From: an uncultured Planctomycetota bacterium
GTDB lineage: Bacteria; Planctomycetota; PLA2; JAEUHO01
Direction: 5' to 3'
Length of the DNA stretch: 64,000 nt
Assembly: GCA_963752285.1 (NCBI GenBank)
Contig: CAVVXN010000005.1
Location: 1,248,001-1,312,000, forward strand
The notes under the pieces are model-generated. The model ran no database searches. It saw nothing but the letters and a program-made list of their open reading frames with translations, and was not told where the DNA came from. Shown here in pieces: positions 27,831 through 37,255 of the stretch; the first letter of the stretch is position 1, and each line of letters starts with the position of its first letter. Made by a program: the position numbers and the translations under genes.

Positions 27831-29351
27831 TCACCGCGCGGGCGTCGTCCGGCGGTCGCTCGGCACCCGGTGGTGGTCCACCGCCGGTCGGTACTCGTCC
27901 TCGTAGTGCTCGGGGAACCGGTGACTGTTCTGGACGTCGTGACACGTCTCGCAACGGCGACGCCCGGGGTCGCGGCGCATCGGCCCCCCGCCCTGGAACA
28001 CCGCCGGGTCCGTCGGGCGCGAGACGTGCCGGCGGCCCGGACCGTGGCACGACTCGCACCCGACGCCGCCGAGGTACGGCGTCCGCTCCGGGTCGAGGAA
28101 TCCACTCGCCGCGCGGGCGAATCGTCCTCCCGGAAGGCGCTCGAACCCGACCACGTGGCAGCGCGCGCACTCGGGGTCCCACGCGTAGCCCTTCGCCTCG
28201 AGGTCCGCGAGCGCCCCGTGGTGGGCCGTGCCGGCCCACGAGTCGTAGATCGCGCGGTGGCACGCCGCGCAGCGCGCCGACCCGACGTATCCGTCTCCGG
28301 GCGCGTCGGGAACCGTGGGGAAGCGGTCGAGGAGGCCGCGCCGGCGGACCTCCTCGCGATACACGTCGAAGAGGCGGGAGATCTCCTCGCGCGCGGGACT
28401 CGGCACGTGCTCCCACCGCTCGGCCAGGGGCACGGTGTGCCACGAGACGAGCCAGCCCCCGCCGTCGGCGCGGTCGAGGTCGAGAAGGCCGACCTCGGGG
28501 CCGTACTCGGCGAGACGCACGACACACGGCGTCTCGTCGAGCGAGACGCGGTCGAGCCGCTCCGCTCCGGTGCCGCTCGCGAGGTCCACGACGACCGAGG
28601 GCCCGAGTCGTTCCATCGCCGCGCGGACGGAGTCCACGGCCTCGCCGGTCGCGTCGGTCCCGACGAGCCACAGCGTGTCGCGCCGTGGCGGCAGGCGGCC
28701 CAGCGCGCCGTCCGGCGGGTAGACGTTGATCGCGATCCCGCCGAGCGCCGAGAGGTGGGCGGGGTCGAGGAGGCTCATCGCGCGCACGGGGAGGTCGCCG
28801 AGCGCGAGGTCCACGAGCGGCGAGACCTCCGACGCCGCGGCGAGCGGGCCGTCGGGCGCGAGCGGCGCGTTGCCCGGCGGCGCGGGGCGGAGCAGAGGCC
28901 GTCCGCCCCGGAACGGACGGGCCATGGCGGGCTCGACGAGGTCCGGGGTCCCGAGCAGGGCCGCGTCGAAGCCCATCACCTCGAGCGCGCGACGGTACAG
29001 CGCCGTCTTGACGACGTCCTCCTCCTCGCCCCGCCCCGAGAGCGTCCACCCCACGGAGACGCCCAGGAACGCGTCCCTCGCGCGGCGCCGGGCGCTCTCG
29101 ACCACGGCGGCCAGGCGCTCGAGCCCGCCGAGCTGCGGCTCGGTGCACCCGCACGGCCGAAGCGTGCCGCGCTGGTTCCCCACGACCAGGATCGTGGCGC
29201 TCGCCGGCCGCGCGAACCAGGCCGCGCCGGCGTCGCCGGCGGCGGCCCCGTCGTCGCCCGCGCGGGCCACGCCCCCGAGAACGAGCGCCGCGGCGCCGAG
29301 GAGCAGGAGGGTCGCCAGGACGGCCGGGCCCAGGGAGCGCGGACGCACCAT
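27831..29351 (-). CDS. Exported tetraheme cytochrome c (c554-like) fused to a degenerate 5'-nucleotidase-like N-domain
   Basis: Four CxxCH (CAACH, CARCH, CESCH, CETCH) with YVGS..C and GVGCESCHGPG..H; N-terminal GTLRPCGCTEPQLGGLER. Confidence 0.88.
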   Translation of the reverse strand: MVRPRSLGPAVLATLLLLGAAALVLGGVARAGDDGAAAGDAGAAWFARPASATILVVGNQRGTLRPCGCTEPQLGGLERLAAVVESARRRARDAFLGVSVGWTLSGRGEEEDVVKTALYRRALEVMGFDAALLGTPDLVEPAMARPFRGGRPLLRPAPPGNAPLAPDGPLAAASEVSPLVDLALGDLPVRAMSLLDPAHLSALGGIAINVYPPDGALGRLPPRRDTLWLVGTDATGEAVDSVRAAMERLGPSVVVDLASGTGAERLDRVSLDETPCVVRLAEYGPEVGLLDLDRADGGGWLVSWHTVPLAERWEHVPSPAREEISRLFDVYREEVRRRGLLDRFPTVPDAPGDGYVGSARCAACHRAIYDSWAGTAHHGALADLEAKGYAWDPECARCHVVGFERLPGGRFARAASGFLDPERTPYLGGVGCESCHGPGRRHVSRPTDPAVFQGGGPMRRDPGRRRCETCHDVQNSHRFPEHYEDEYRPAVDHHRVPSDRRTTPAR

Positions 29352-29372
29352 GCCGGGAGGATACCGCGTGCC

Positions 29373-30662
29373 TCAGGTCGCCCGGACGACGAGGCAGGTG
29401 ATGTCGTCCTCGAGCGTCCCGCCCTCGCCCCGGAAGCCGTCGAGGTCGGCGAGGAGGCCGTCCAGCACCTGCTTCGCGCCCGTCGCGCGCGCCGCGTGGC
29501 GCGCGAGTGAGTCGCGGAGCCGTTCCTCGCCGTACAGCTCGTCCTCCGCGTCGCGCGCCTCGAACAGGCCGTCGGTGTAGAGCACGAGCACGTCGCCCGC
29601 CGAGAGGGAGATCGGGTCGGAGACCCGGTACTCGCTCCCCTCCATCGCGGCGAGGAGGGGCCCCGTCCGCACGAGCTCCTCGACCCCGCCGCCGCCCGCG
29701 CGGCACAGGAGCGGCGGGTTGTGGCCCGCGCTCGCGTAGACGAGCGTTCGCGAGGGGGCGTCGAGGATCCCGACGAACATCGACATGAACTCACCGAGGA
29801 CCATGTCGCGCTCCAGGAGCTCGTTCACGTCGCGGAGCGCGGTCGCGGGGTCGGGGTCTCGCCGGAGGAGGTGGTGGAGGAGCGCGCGCGTCTCGGCCGT
29901 GTAGAGCGCCTGCGCGACGCCGTGCCCGGCGACGTCCCCCACCACGAGCGCGATCTTCTCGTCCGCCAAGGGGATCGCGTCGTAGTAGTCGCCCGAGAGC
30001 GCCTCGCACACGCGTCCCTCTCCGGCGATGTCGAAGCCCGCGGGCGGGCGGATGTCCCTCGGCAGCAGGCGCTTCTGCACGTCGTTGGCGAGCGTGATCT
30101 GTCGCTCGAGCCGGTCGCGTTCGGCGCGGGCGTGCTCCAGGCGCGCGTTCTCGAGCGAGGCGGCCACGAGGCCTCCCAGGCCGAGGAACACCTCGAACTC
30201 CTGCTCGGTGAACTCCTTCGTGCGGTACGTCGCGTCCACGTAGAGGAGACCGAGGAGGCGGTCCTCGTACGAGAGGGGCGTCACCATGATCGAGTAGAGC
30301 CGGAGGTCCACGAACGACTGCCCGAGGTCCGCCTTCTCCTCGTCCGCCGGGCCGATCGTCTTGAACGGCGCGCGCGAGCTCGTGGCCCGCTCCACCGCGC
30401 TGCGGCTGTACTGGAGGTCGAGCGGCAGGTCCACGCCGTCCGTGTCGCGCGCCACGTGGGGCTGGTACCCGGTCGGACCCGGGAGCAGCAGGACGCCCCG
30501 TTCCGCGCCCATGACCTGGATCGCGCGGTCCACCGCGCGTCGCATGCGCTCGTCGCCGTCGAGCAGGGTGTACAGCTCCTCGACCGTCTCGAGGAGCAGC
30601 CGCAAGTTGCCCGACTCGCGCGCGAGCGGACTCTCGAGGAACGCCCACCGGTCGTCGCTCAT
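29373..30662 (-). CDS. GAF-PP2C (SpoIIE/RsbU-like) phosphatase
   Basis: GAF (AERGVLLL, LGLLYVD); VQKRLLP, SGDYYD, VGDVAGHG, SAGHNPP, LYTDGLFE, DDITCL. Confidence 0.92.
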   Translation of the reverse strand: MSDDRWAFLESPLARESGNLRLLLETVEELYTLLDGDERMRRAVDRAIQVMGAERGVLLLPGPTGYQPHVARDTDGVDLPLDLQYSRSAVERATSSRAPFKTIGPADEEKADLGQSFVDLRLYSIMVTPLSYEDRLLGLLYVDATYRTKEFTEQEFEVFLGLGGLVAASLENARLEHARAERDRLERQITLANDVQKRLLPRDIRPPAGFDIAGEGRVCEALSGDYYDAIPLADEKIALVVGDVAGHGVAQALYTAETRALLHHLLRRDPDPATALRDVNELLERDMVLGEFMSMFVGILDAPSRTLVYASAGHNPPLLCRAGGGGVEELVRTGPLLAAMEGSEYRVSDPISLSAGDVLVLYTDGLFEARDAEDELYGEERLRDSLARHAARATGAKQVLDGLLADLDGFRGEGGTLEDDITCLVVRAT

Positions 30663-31096
30663 CCCGCCTCCGCTCCGAGCCGCACCCGGACCCGGCACCC
30701 GCCTCCGACGTCCCGCGAGCGCTCGAACGTGGCGGAGAGCCTGTTCACGAGGAACAGCCCCCGGCCTCGCGACGCGTCGAGCGGGACCGGCGTGGTCACG
30801 TCGCGCTCCAGAAGGCCGAGCGGGTCCTTTCCGGTGCCGGGATCGCTCACCTCCAGCACGACGGCGTCCGACTCGAGGAGCAGCACCAGCTCGGCCGTCT
30901 CCGAGCCGTCGCCGCGGGACCCGTGCTCGATCGCGTTCTGGATCAGCTCCGTCGCGACGAGCGCCACCTCCTCGGTCGCGTCCTCGTCCCAGCCCTGGGC
31001 GAGCAGCAACCCCTCGATCATCTTGCGACCCGAGCGTACGAAGACGAGGTGGGTCGGCAGGAGGAGTCGGAGAGGAAGGGGCAGTCCTTCGGGCAT
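30659..31096 (-). CDS. RsbW-like anti-sigma/serine kinase (HATPase_c)
   Basis: LVATELIQNAIEHG, EVSDPGTG, RGRGLFLV; ATGA overlap with the phosphatase gene. Confidence 0.9.
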   Translation of the reverse strand: MPEGLPLPLRLLLPTHLVFVRSGRKMIEGLLLAQGWDEDATEEVALVATELIQNAIEHGSRGDGSETAELVLLLESDAVVLEVSDPGTGKDPLGLLERDVTTPVPLDASRGRGLFLVNRLSATFERSRDVGGGCRVRVRLGAEAG

Positions 31097-31342
31097 CCGC
31101 GCTCGGGGGCCGGGAGCGTGCGTCTCGCCTCCCGCGCCGCGGCGAGTACGATACCGTCCCCTCGACCCGTGGGAAGGGCGGGCTTTTCGAACGAGAACGC
31201 CTTCGATGCCCGCCTTCGCCGTCAACACAGAGGGGCGCCCCCTCGGCCTTCGGTCCGGAACGGTGGCCGCCGTCCGTCCGCCGGGCGCGCGGTCCCTCGG
31301 CGCGTCGTCGCGCTCGGTGGCGCCCCGCACGCGGGACGTGGC

Positions 31343-33025
31343 GTGATCGTCCTCGGGCTCAACGCGTTCGGCCACGACGCGGCCGCGGTGCTCCTCGTGG
31401 ACGGCGAGGTCCGCTTCGCCGCGTCGGAGGAACGCTACGATCGGCGCCGGCACAGCGCGGCGTTCCCGTCCCGGGCGGTGGCCGCCGCCCTCCGAAGCGC
31501 CGGCGTGGACCTCGGCGACGTCGACGTCGTCGCGTTCCCCTGGACGCGCGGCATGGCGCGCGCGCGGAAAGCGCTGTGGGTGCTCCGCGGCCTGCCGCGG
31601 TCCCTCACGTTCCTCTCCGAGCGGCCCGAGGAGGGCGTCCCGGGGCGTCGCGCGTACCTCGCCGCGATGCGAGGGCTCGCCGCGCGTCTCTCGGCGGAGG
31701 GGCTCCGGGCGCCGCTCGTCCGCGTCCCCCACCACCTCGCGCACGCGGTCTCGGCGACCCTGGACCTCGGGGGCCGTCGCGGCGCGGTCCTGACGGCGGA
31801 CGGCATGGGCGAGTGGACGACCGCCGCGGCCTTCGGCGTGGACGGCGGGACGCCGCGCGCGCTCCGGCGCGCGACCTACCCGCACAGCGCGGGCAAGGCC
31901 TACGCCGCGGTCACGTCCTGGCTCGGCTTCCGACCCGAGGCGGACGAGGGAAAGACGATGGGCCTCGCCGCGTACGGCGACCCCGACCATCCGGCCGCGC
32001 GGTTCACCCGCGCGCTGCTCGCCCACGACCCGCGGACCCTCGTTCGCGTGGACACCGCCCGGTTCGACTACCCCCGGGGACGCGCCCGCCTCTACGGCGA
32101 GGCGTTCCTCCGTCGGCTCGGGCCGCCCCGCCCGCGCGACGAGGAGCCCACGGAGACGCATCGCGCGGCGGCGCGCGGCATCCAGGACGCGATCGAGGCC
32201 GCGTTCCTCGACGCCGCCCGGGACCTCGTTCTCGAGACGCGGGCCGAGGTGCTCGGCCTCGCGGGGGGCCTGTTCTTGAACTGCGCCCTGAACGGGCATC
32301 TCGCGCGCGCACTCGACGTCGAGGTCCGCCCCTTCCCCGTCGCGGGGGACGCCGGCGCGGCCTGGGGCGCGGCGGCCTTCGCGCACCGCGCGCGGACGGG
32401 CCGCGAGGCGGCGCCGCTCCGCACCCTCCGCCTCGGCGACGCGATCGACGACCAGCGCGCGCGGGATGCGCTCGGCGTCGCCGCCCCGCGACCCGCGGAC
32501 CTCGCGCTCGAGGTGGCGCGACTCGTGGCCGCGGGCCGGCTCGTGGGCGTCGCACGGGGGCGGGCGGAGCTCGGGCCCCGCGCGCTCGGGGGCCGCAGCG
32601 TGCTCGCGTCCCCGACGACCACGGCGTCGCGCGACCGACTGAACGCGCACAAGGGCCGCGAGGCCTGGCGCCCGCTGGCGCCCGTCGTGGCGGCGACCGA
32701 CCGCGCGCACTTCCGCGGCCTCACGGCGAGCCCGTGGATGATCCTGACGTTCCCGGCGACGGACGAGGGCCGCCGCGCCCTCCCGGGCGCCGTCCACGCG
32801 GACGGGACCGCGCGCGTGCAGACGGTGGACGACGCCACGGAACCGTTCCTGGCGGCGGTGCTCCGCCACCTCGCGACGCTCGGCCAGCCGCCCGTGGTGC
32901 TCAACACGAGCCTCAACCGCCGCGGCGAGCCGATCGTGAACGACGCGGCGGAGGCGCTCGCGGCGGCGCGCGCGATGCGGCTCGACGCGCTCGCGCTCGG
33001 CGACTACCTCGTCTCGGACCCCTGA
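31343..33025 (+). CDS. NodU/CmcH/TobZ-family O-carbamoyltransferase
   Basis: HDAAA, EERYDR, HHLAHA, DGMGE, GKTMGLAAYG, ELGPRALGGRS, KGRE.WRP, HADGTAR.QTV, LNTSLN..GEPIV. Confidence 0.93.
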   Translation: MIVLGLNAFGHDAAAVLLVDGEVRFAASEERYDRRRHSAAFPSRAVAAALRSAGVDLGDVDVVAFPWTRGMARARKALWVLRGLPRSLTFLSERPEEGVPGRRAYLAAMRGLAARLSAEGLRAPLVRVPHHLAHAVSATLDLGGRRGAVLTADGMGEWTTAAAFGVDGGTPRALRRATYPHSAGKAYAAVTSWLGFRPEADEGKTMGLAAYGDPDHPAARFTRALLAHDPRTLVRVDTARFDYPRGRARLYGEAFLRRLGPPRPRDEEPTETHRAAARGIQDAIEAAFLDAARDLVLETRAEVLGLAGGLFLNCALNGHLARALDVEVRPFPVAGDAGAAWGAAAFAHRARTGREAAPLRTLRLGDAIDDQRARDALGVAAPRPADLALEVARLVAAGRLVGVARGRAELGPRALGGRSVLASPTTTASRDRLNAHKGREAWRPLAPVVAATDRAHFRGLTASPWMILTFPATDEGRRALPGAVHADGTARVQTVDDATEPFLAAVLRHLATLGQPPVVLNTSLNRRGEPIVNDAAEALAAARAMRLDALALGDYLVSDP

Positions 33026-34107
33026 CGGCGGCGCCGGACGTCGCCCCGCCCGCGCACGAGGCTCCCGGGCGCGGAGGCGACGATCGTCGGGTACGCCTCG
33101 CACGGGCTCCAGCAGCCCGGGCAGCGGTCCCGCGCGACGTCGGCGCGCGTCGCCGCGGCCTCGGCGCTTTGCAGGATCTCGTCGAGCGGCCGCTCCAACG
33201 CGTTCCCGAGCCGTCGTCCCCACACCGTGCACGGGTACACGTCGCCGCCTGCCGCCACGAACACGCTGGCGCTGAGGCTCCGACACGGGATCGGGCTCCG
33301 GCCGCTCGCGAGGTACGCAGGTACGAGCCGGAGGTACGTGGCCTCGATCCGGTCCTCGGGGGAGGCGCCCGACGCGCGCGCACGGAGCGCACGCGCGAGC
33401 GCGCGCGACGCGCGCCGCGGAGGCCGTGCGTCGCTGTCGAGGTTCGCGTAGTAGTGCGGGCTCCGAACCCAGACGTTGAGGTGGAGGTCCTTCCATCCCA
33501 ACGCGCGGGCGCCGGCGGGGAGTCGTTCCCCCACGGCCCGGAGGGTCGTCTCGGCGAGGTCTTCGTTCTCCTCCGTGAGCGTCATGCCGAGGTACGCCTC
33601 GACGCCGGGAACCTCGCGCACGGCGGCGAACGTGCGGACGGCACGATCGAACGCGCCCGCGCGACCGCGCACCCGGTCGTGGTGGTCGGGCGGCCCCTCG
33701 ACGCTCACCGTGACGAGGACGCGCGGGATGCCGAGACGGGCCACGCGCCGGACGTCCTCGACGATGCGGTCCGTGCGCTGTCCCGTCGTGGGGAAGTCGA
33801 GGACCGCGAGCCGGGGCAGCGCGCGCGTCGCCGCCTCGGCAATCTCGGGCACGTCGTCGCGGAGGAAGAGCTCGCCGCCGGTCAGGTTGACCCAACGAAG
33901 GGACGGCACGCGCCCGAGCATCCCCTCCACCTCGTCCGGCGTCATCTCGCGCCCCTTCGGCTTCTCCCAGATGCGGCACCCGACGCAGCGGCAGTCGCAA
34001 CGGTCCGTGAGCGCGAGCGTGATCTTGAAGGGCCACGGCGAGCCGAGGCGCGCGGCGAGGATGCGGCCGGCGAGCCCGGCGTAGGCGCGGGCCGAACGGG
34101 CGTTCAC
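33004..34107 (-). CDS. Radical SAM protein with SPASM/Twitch domain
   Basis: TDRCDCRCVGC (CxxxCxxC), NLTGGE, C-terminal C...GDVYPC...CPGCWSPC. Confidence 0.9.
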   Translation of the reverse strand: MNARSARAYAGLAGRILAARLGSPWPFKITLALTDRCDCRCVGCRIWEKPKGREMTPDEVEGMLGRVPSLRWVNLTGGELFLRDDVPEIAEAATRALPRLAVLDFPTTGQRTDRIVEDVRRVARLGIPRVLVTVSVEGPPDHHDRVRGRAGAFDRAVRTFAAVREVPGVEAYLGMTLTEENEDLAETTLRAVGERLPAGARALGWKDLHLNVWVRSPHYYANLDSDARPPRRASRALARALRARASGASPEDRIEATYLRLVPAYLASGRSPIPCRSLSASVFVAAGGDVYPCTVWGRRLGNALERPLDEILQSAEAAATRADVARDRCPGCWSPCEAYPTIVASAPGSLVRGRGDVRRRRQGSETR

Positions 34108-36104
34108 GGCGTCCGCCGGCCGTCCGCGCGCCGCCTCGCGTCCGCGCGCACGGACGCGGCCTCGGCGGTCCGACCGAGCGCGTCGAGGAGGAGCGCGAGG
34201 TTGCCGGCCTCGTTCGCGCCGGCCTCCGGCTCGGACGCGAGCGGGTGGTAGCGCTCGAGCAGGTTCTCCAGCGCTGGACGGTCGGCGCGACGAGGGTCGA
34301 TCCCCACGGCGTCGAGCACGCGCGCGCGTTCAGTGACGCGCGCATCGTAGAGCGCCGGCGCGAGCGTCTTGGGGCTCGGCGCCGTGAGCGCCTGGAGCGC
34401 GAGGTTCAGCCGGACGACGCGGCGACGGAAGGGCGCGCGCGCGAGCACGTCCCGGGCGTCGGCGGGGTCGAACCCGTCGAGCCGTAGGAGCGCGTCGTTC
34501 GCGTCCTCCGCCTCGCCGAGGTCGCCGAGATCCACGGCGGCCTCGATGCGCCGCGCCTGCACCTTCCGGAGCAGCTCCGGCGAGCCGCGTCCGCGGACGA
34601 GGCCGACCCGGGCCCAGGTCGAGAGCGCGGCGCGGTACATCGAGAGCTCGGCCACCCGGGCCTGTCGTCGTCCCTCGCCTCCGATCGCCTCGGTCGCGCT
34701 GGGGTGTGCCATGCGGAGCGCCCGCGCGGACTCGCGGTAGACCTCCGCGAGGGCCACCATCGACTTCCCGTCGATCGGGTTGTCCTCGAGGTACGACCGG
34801 TACGCGATCTCCGCGTCGTGGACCCGGCCCCGCCTCAGGTACTCGTACCCGAGGCCCTCGTACGCGTGCATGTGACTCGGCCGCTCTCGGAGAACGGTCT
34901 CCCAGAGCGTCTGGTCGTTCGACCACGCCTCCGTGCGCGCCCACGTGACGGGCGCCAGGACCGCCACGAGCACGGCGACCGCGGCGACCGCGACGGGACG
35001 GACCCGATCCTTCGCGAAGCGCGCCGCGAGGGCACGGACCGCGGCCGCGACGCCGACCGCGAAGAACACGAGGACGGGGTAGAGGAAGCGCTCCGCCACG
35101 AGGGCCTTCAGCGGCACGATCACGTTGCTGACGGGCACGAGGCAGGCCAGCGAGCCGAGGCACACGAAGCCGAGGACGGACCGCCGTCGGAGTCCGAGGA
35201 GGCCGGCGAGGAGGAGCGTCACGAGGAACCCGCCGCCGAGCACCACGCTCGGGTCGGTCCACCGGCCGGGGACCGGCAGGTGGAGGTCGAACGGGAAGCC
35301 CACGGGCCGGACCAGGTCGTTCGCGTACCACGCGAGGCCCGAGAGCATGCCGCGGGCCGCCGCCGCGCGGCTGCCGCCGGGGAAGTCCGCGACCTGGGCG
35401 AGGCCCGGGATCAACGCGAGGCGCACCGCCAGGTACGCGCCGACGACGACGGCGAGGACGCCGACCCGGATCGCGGTCGTGCGCCCCGGGAGGCGCCGGT
35501 CCGGCGGCAGCGTGACGTCGCGCAGCAGCAGCAGCGCGGGGAGCACGAGCGCCGACTCCTTCGCGAGGAGCGCGAGCCCGCCGAGCAGGGCGCCCCCTAC
35601 GGTCGCGCCGGGCCCCGGCCGTTCGAGGACGAGCAGCGCGCCGAGCATCAGCCCCACCGCCAGGAGGTCGCCGGAGCTGGTGATCCACGCGACGCACTCG
35701 ACGGCCGCCGGGTGGACGGCGAAGACGGCGCCGGCCAGGCCCGCAAAGAGGACGTTCCCGTCGAAGAGGGCCCACGCGAGCCGCACGACGAGCCCGACCA
35801 CGAGGAGGTGGATCAGGAGGTCCACCAGGTGGAACGGCCACGGACGGGAACGCCCGAAGGCGGCGGAGAGCAGCGCGTGGTCGAGCGTGCCGAGCGGGCG
35901 GTAGACGTCCGCTTGGATCCCCTCCCGCGCGGAGAACGTGCCCGGGTCGGTGAGGTACGCGATCGGCGTCACCGGGTCGAGAGACGGGTTCTGCTCGACG
36001 ACGCGGTGGTCGTCGTACACGAAGCCGCCGAAGAGCCCCGGCGCGTGGGCGGCGGCCGCGACCAGCAGGGCGAGCCCCACGGCCCATCGGAACGGACGCT
36101 TCAC
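34104..36104 (-). CDS. TMTC-like GT-C membrane glycosyltransferase with TPR tail
   Basis: GGFVYDD, YRPL, FHLVDLLIH, FAVHP..VE.VAWI, LLAKESA, VAERFLY, W....TLW, then TPR-like helices; GTGA overlaps at both ends. Confidence 0.85.
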   Translation of the reverse strand: MKRPFRWAVGLALLVAAAAHAPGLFGGFVYDDHRVVEQNPSLDPVTPIAYLTDPGTFSAREGIQADVYRPLGTLDHALLSAAFGRSRPWPFHLVDLLIHLLVVGLVVRLAWALFDGNVLFAGLAGAVFAVHPAAVECVAWITSSGDLLAVGLMLGALLVLERPGPGATVGGALLGGLALLAKESALVLPALLLLRDVTLPPDRRLPGRTTAIRVGVLAVVVGAYLAVRLALIPGLAQVADFPGGSRAAAARGMLSGLAWYANDLVRPVGFPFDLHLPVPGRWTDPSVVLGGGFLVTLLLAGLLGLRRRSVLGFVCLGSLACLVPVSNVIVPLKALVAERFLYPVLVFFAVGVAAAVRALAARFAKDRVRPVAVAAVAVLVAVLAPVTWARTEAWSNDQTLWETVLRERPSHMHAYEGLGYEYLRRGRVHDAEIAYRSYLEDNPIDGKSMVALAEVYRESARALRMAHPSATEAIGGEGRRQARVAELSMYRAALSTWARVGLVRGRGSPELLRKVQARRIEAAVDLGDLGEAEDANDALLRLDGFDPADARDVLARAPFRRRVVRLNLALQALTAPSPKTLAPALYDARVTERARVLDAVGIDPRRADRPALENLLERYHPLASEPEAGANEAGNLALLLDALGRTAEAASVRADARRRADGRRTP

Positions 36105-37255
36105 GGGCGGGCCTCGGACCGGGCCGCGGGCTGGAGCAGCGCCCGGAGCGCCGCACACACCTCTCCCGTCGGGATGGAGGCCATGCAGGTGTGGATCCGG
36201 CACCGGCTCGAGCGGTAGTTGACCGCCGTGAGACACGGGCTGCACGGTAGCGCGCGGTAGAAGGACCGGGATCCCGGCGCGAGGGGGCCGTAGAGCGCCG
36301 GCGTGTTCGGGCCGTAGATCGCGAGCGTCGGGGTGCCCGCGGCCGACGCGAGGTGGACCGGCCCGGTGTCGTTCGAGACGAGGGCGCGGGCGCCCGCGAC
36401 GACGGCGACGAGCTCGTCGAGCGAGAGGAGACCGGCGAGCGAGGCCGCGCCGCCGCCGACCGCCCGCGCGACGCGCTCCGCGAGGTCGCGCTCCGGCGCG
36501 CCGCCCGTCACGACCACGCCGAGGCCGAGCTCCAAGGCCGTCCGCCCCACCGCGGCGAACCCTGCCTCCGACCAGCGCCGCCCCGGGAAGTTGTCGCCGC
36601 TCCCCGGGTGGAGGACCACGTACGGGACCTCGGGGAGCCGGGTCCGCGCGCGCTCCCGCGCGCCGGCGTCCGGCCACAACGCGCCGGGGACGTACGGACC
36701 CGGCGGCACGCCGGCCGCCTCCGCCAGGTCGCGGAACGAGCGCGCGGCGTGCACACCGGGTCGGATGGGGACGAGGACGGTGTAGAGGCCGTCGCGTCCC
36801 GCGGCGCCCGACGCGAACCCGATGCGCTGTCGGGCGCCGCCGAGCCGCGCGAGGAGGGCCCCCGCGCGCGAGAACTGCTCGAAGTCGAGCGCGAGGTCGG
36901 GCGGACGGCGCCGGAGCGCGCGCACGGCCGCGAGCAGGTCCTCGGCGAGGACGACGAGACCCCGCGGCCGCACGAGGAGCACGTGGTCGGCGAGGTCCTC
37001 GACGAGCGGTCGGTTGGGCGCGAGCGTGGCCACCGTGAACGAGGCCCGGGGCCACCGTTCGCGAAGGTCGCGGAGCACCGGGCGGAGGAGCGACCAGTTG
37101 CCGAGCCCCCAGAACTTCACCACCAGCACCCGGCGTACCGCGGTCACGGGCTCCGGCGGCCGGAGCGCCTCTCCGAGGCGGTCGGCCGCGCCCACCACGC
37201 CGCCGACGAGGCTGCCCAAGCGGCGGTCCACGAGCTTGGCCAGCGAGAGGTTCAC
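36101..37255 (-). CDS. Glycosyltransferase family 9 (heptosyltransferase-like)
   Basis: VLVVKFWGLGN, DLALDFE, RIGF, VVLHPGS...RRW, LVSNDTGPVHLA.A.GTPT.AIYGP, CSPC...C..CM. Confidence 0.92.
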   Translation of the reverse strand: MNLSLAKLVDRRLGSLVGGVVGAADRLGEALRPPEPVTAVRRVLVVKFWGLGNWSLLRPVLRDLRERWPRASFTVATLAPNRPLVEDLADHVLLVRPRGLVVLAEDLLAAVRALRRRPPDLALDFEQFSRAGALLARLGGARQRIGFASGAAGRDGLYTVLVPIRPGVHAARSFRDLAEAAGVPPGPYVPGALWPDAGARERARTRLPEVPYVVLHPGSGDNFPGRRWSEAGFAAVGRTALELGLGVVVTGGAPERDLAERVARAVGGGAASLAGLLSLDELVAVVAGARALVSNDTGPVHLASAAGTPTLAIYGPNTPALYGPLAPGSRSFYRALPCSPCLTAVNYRSSRCRIHTCMASIPTGEVCAALRALLQPAARSEARP

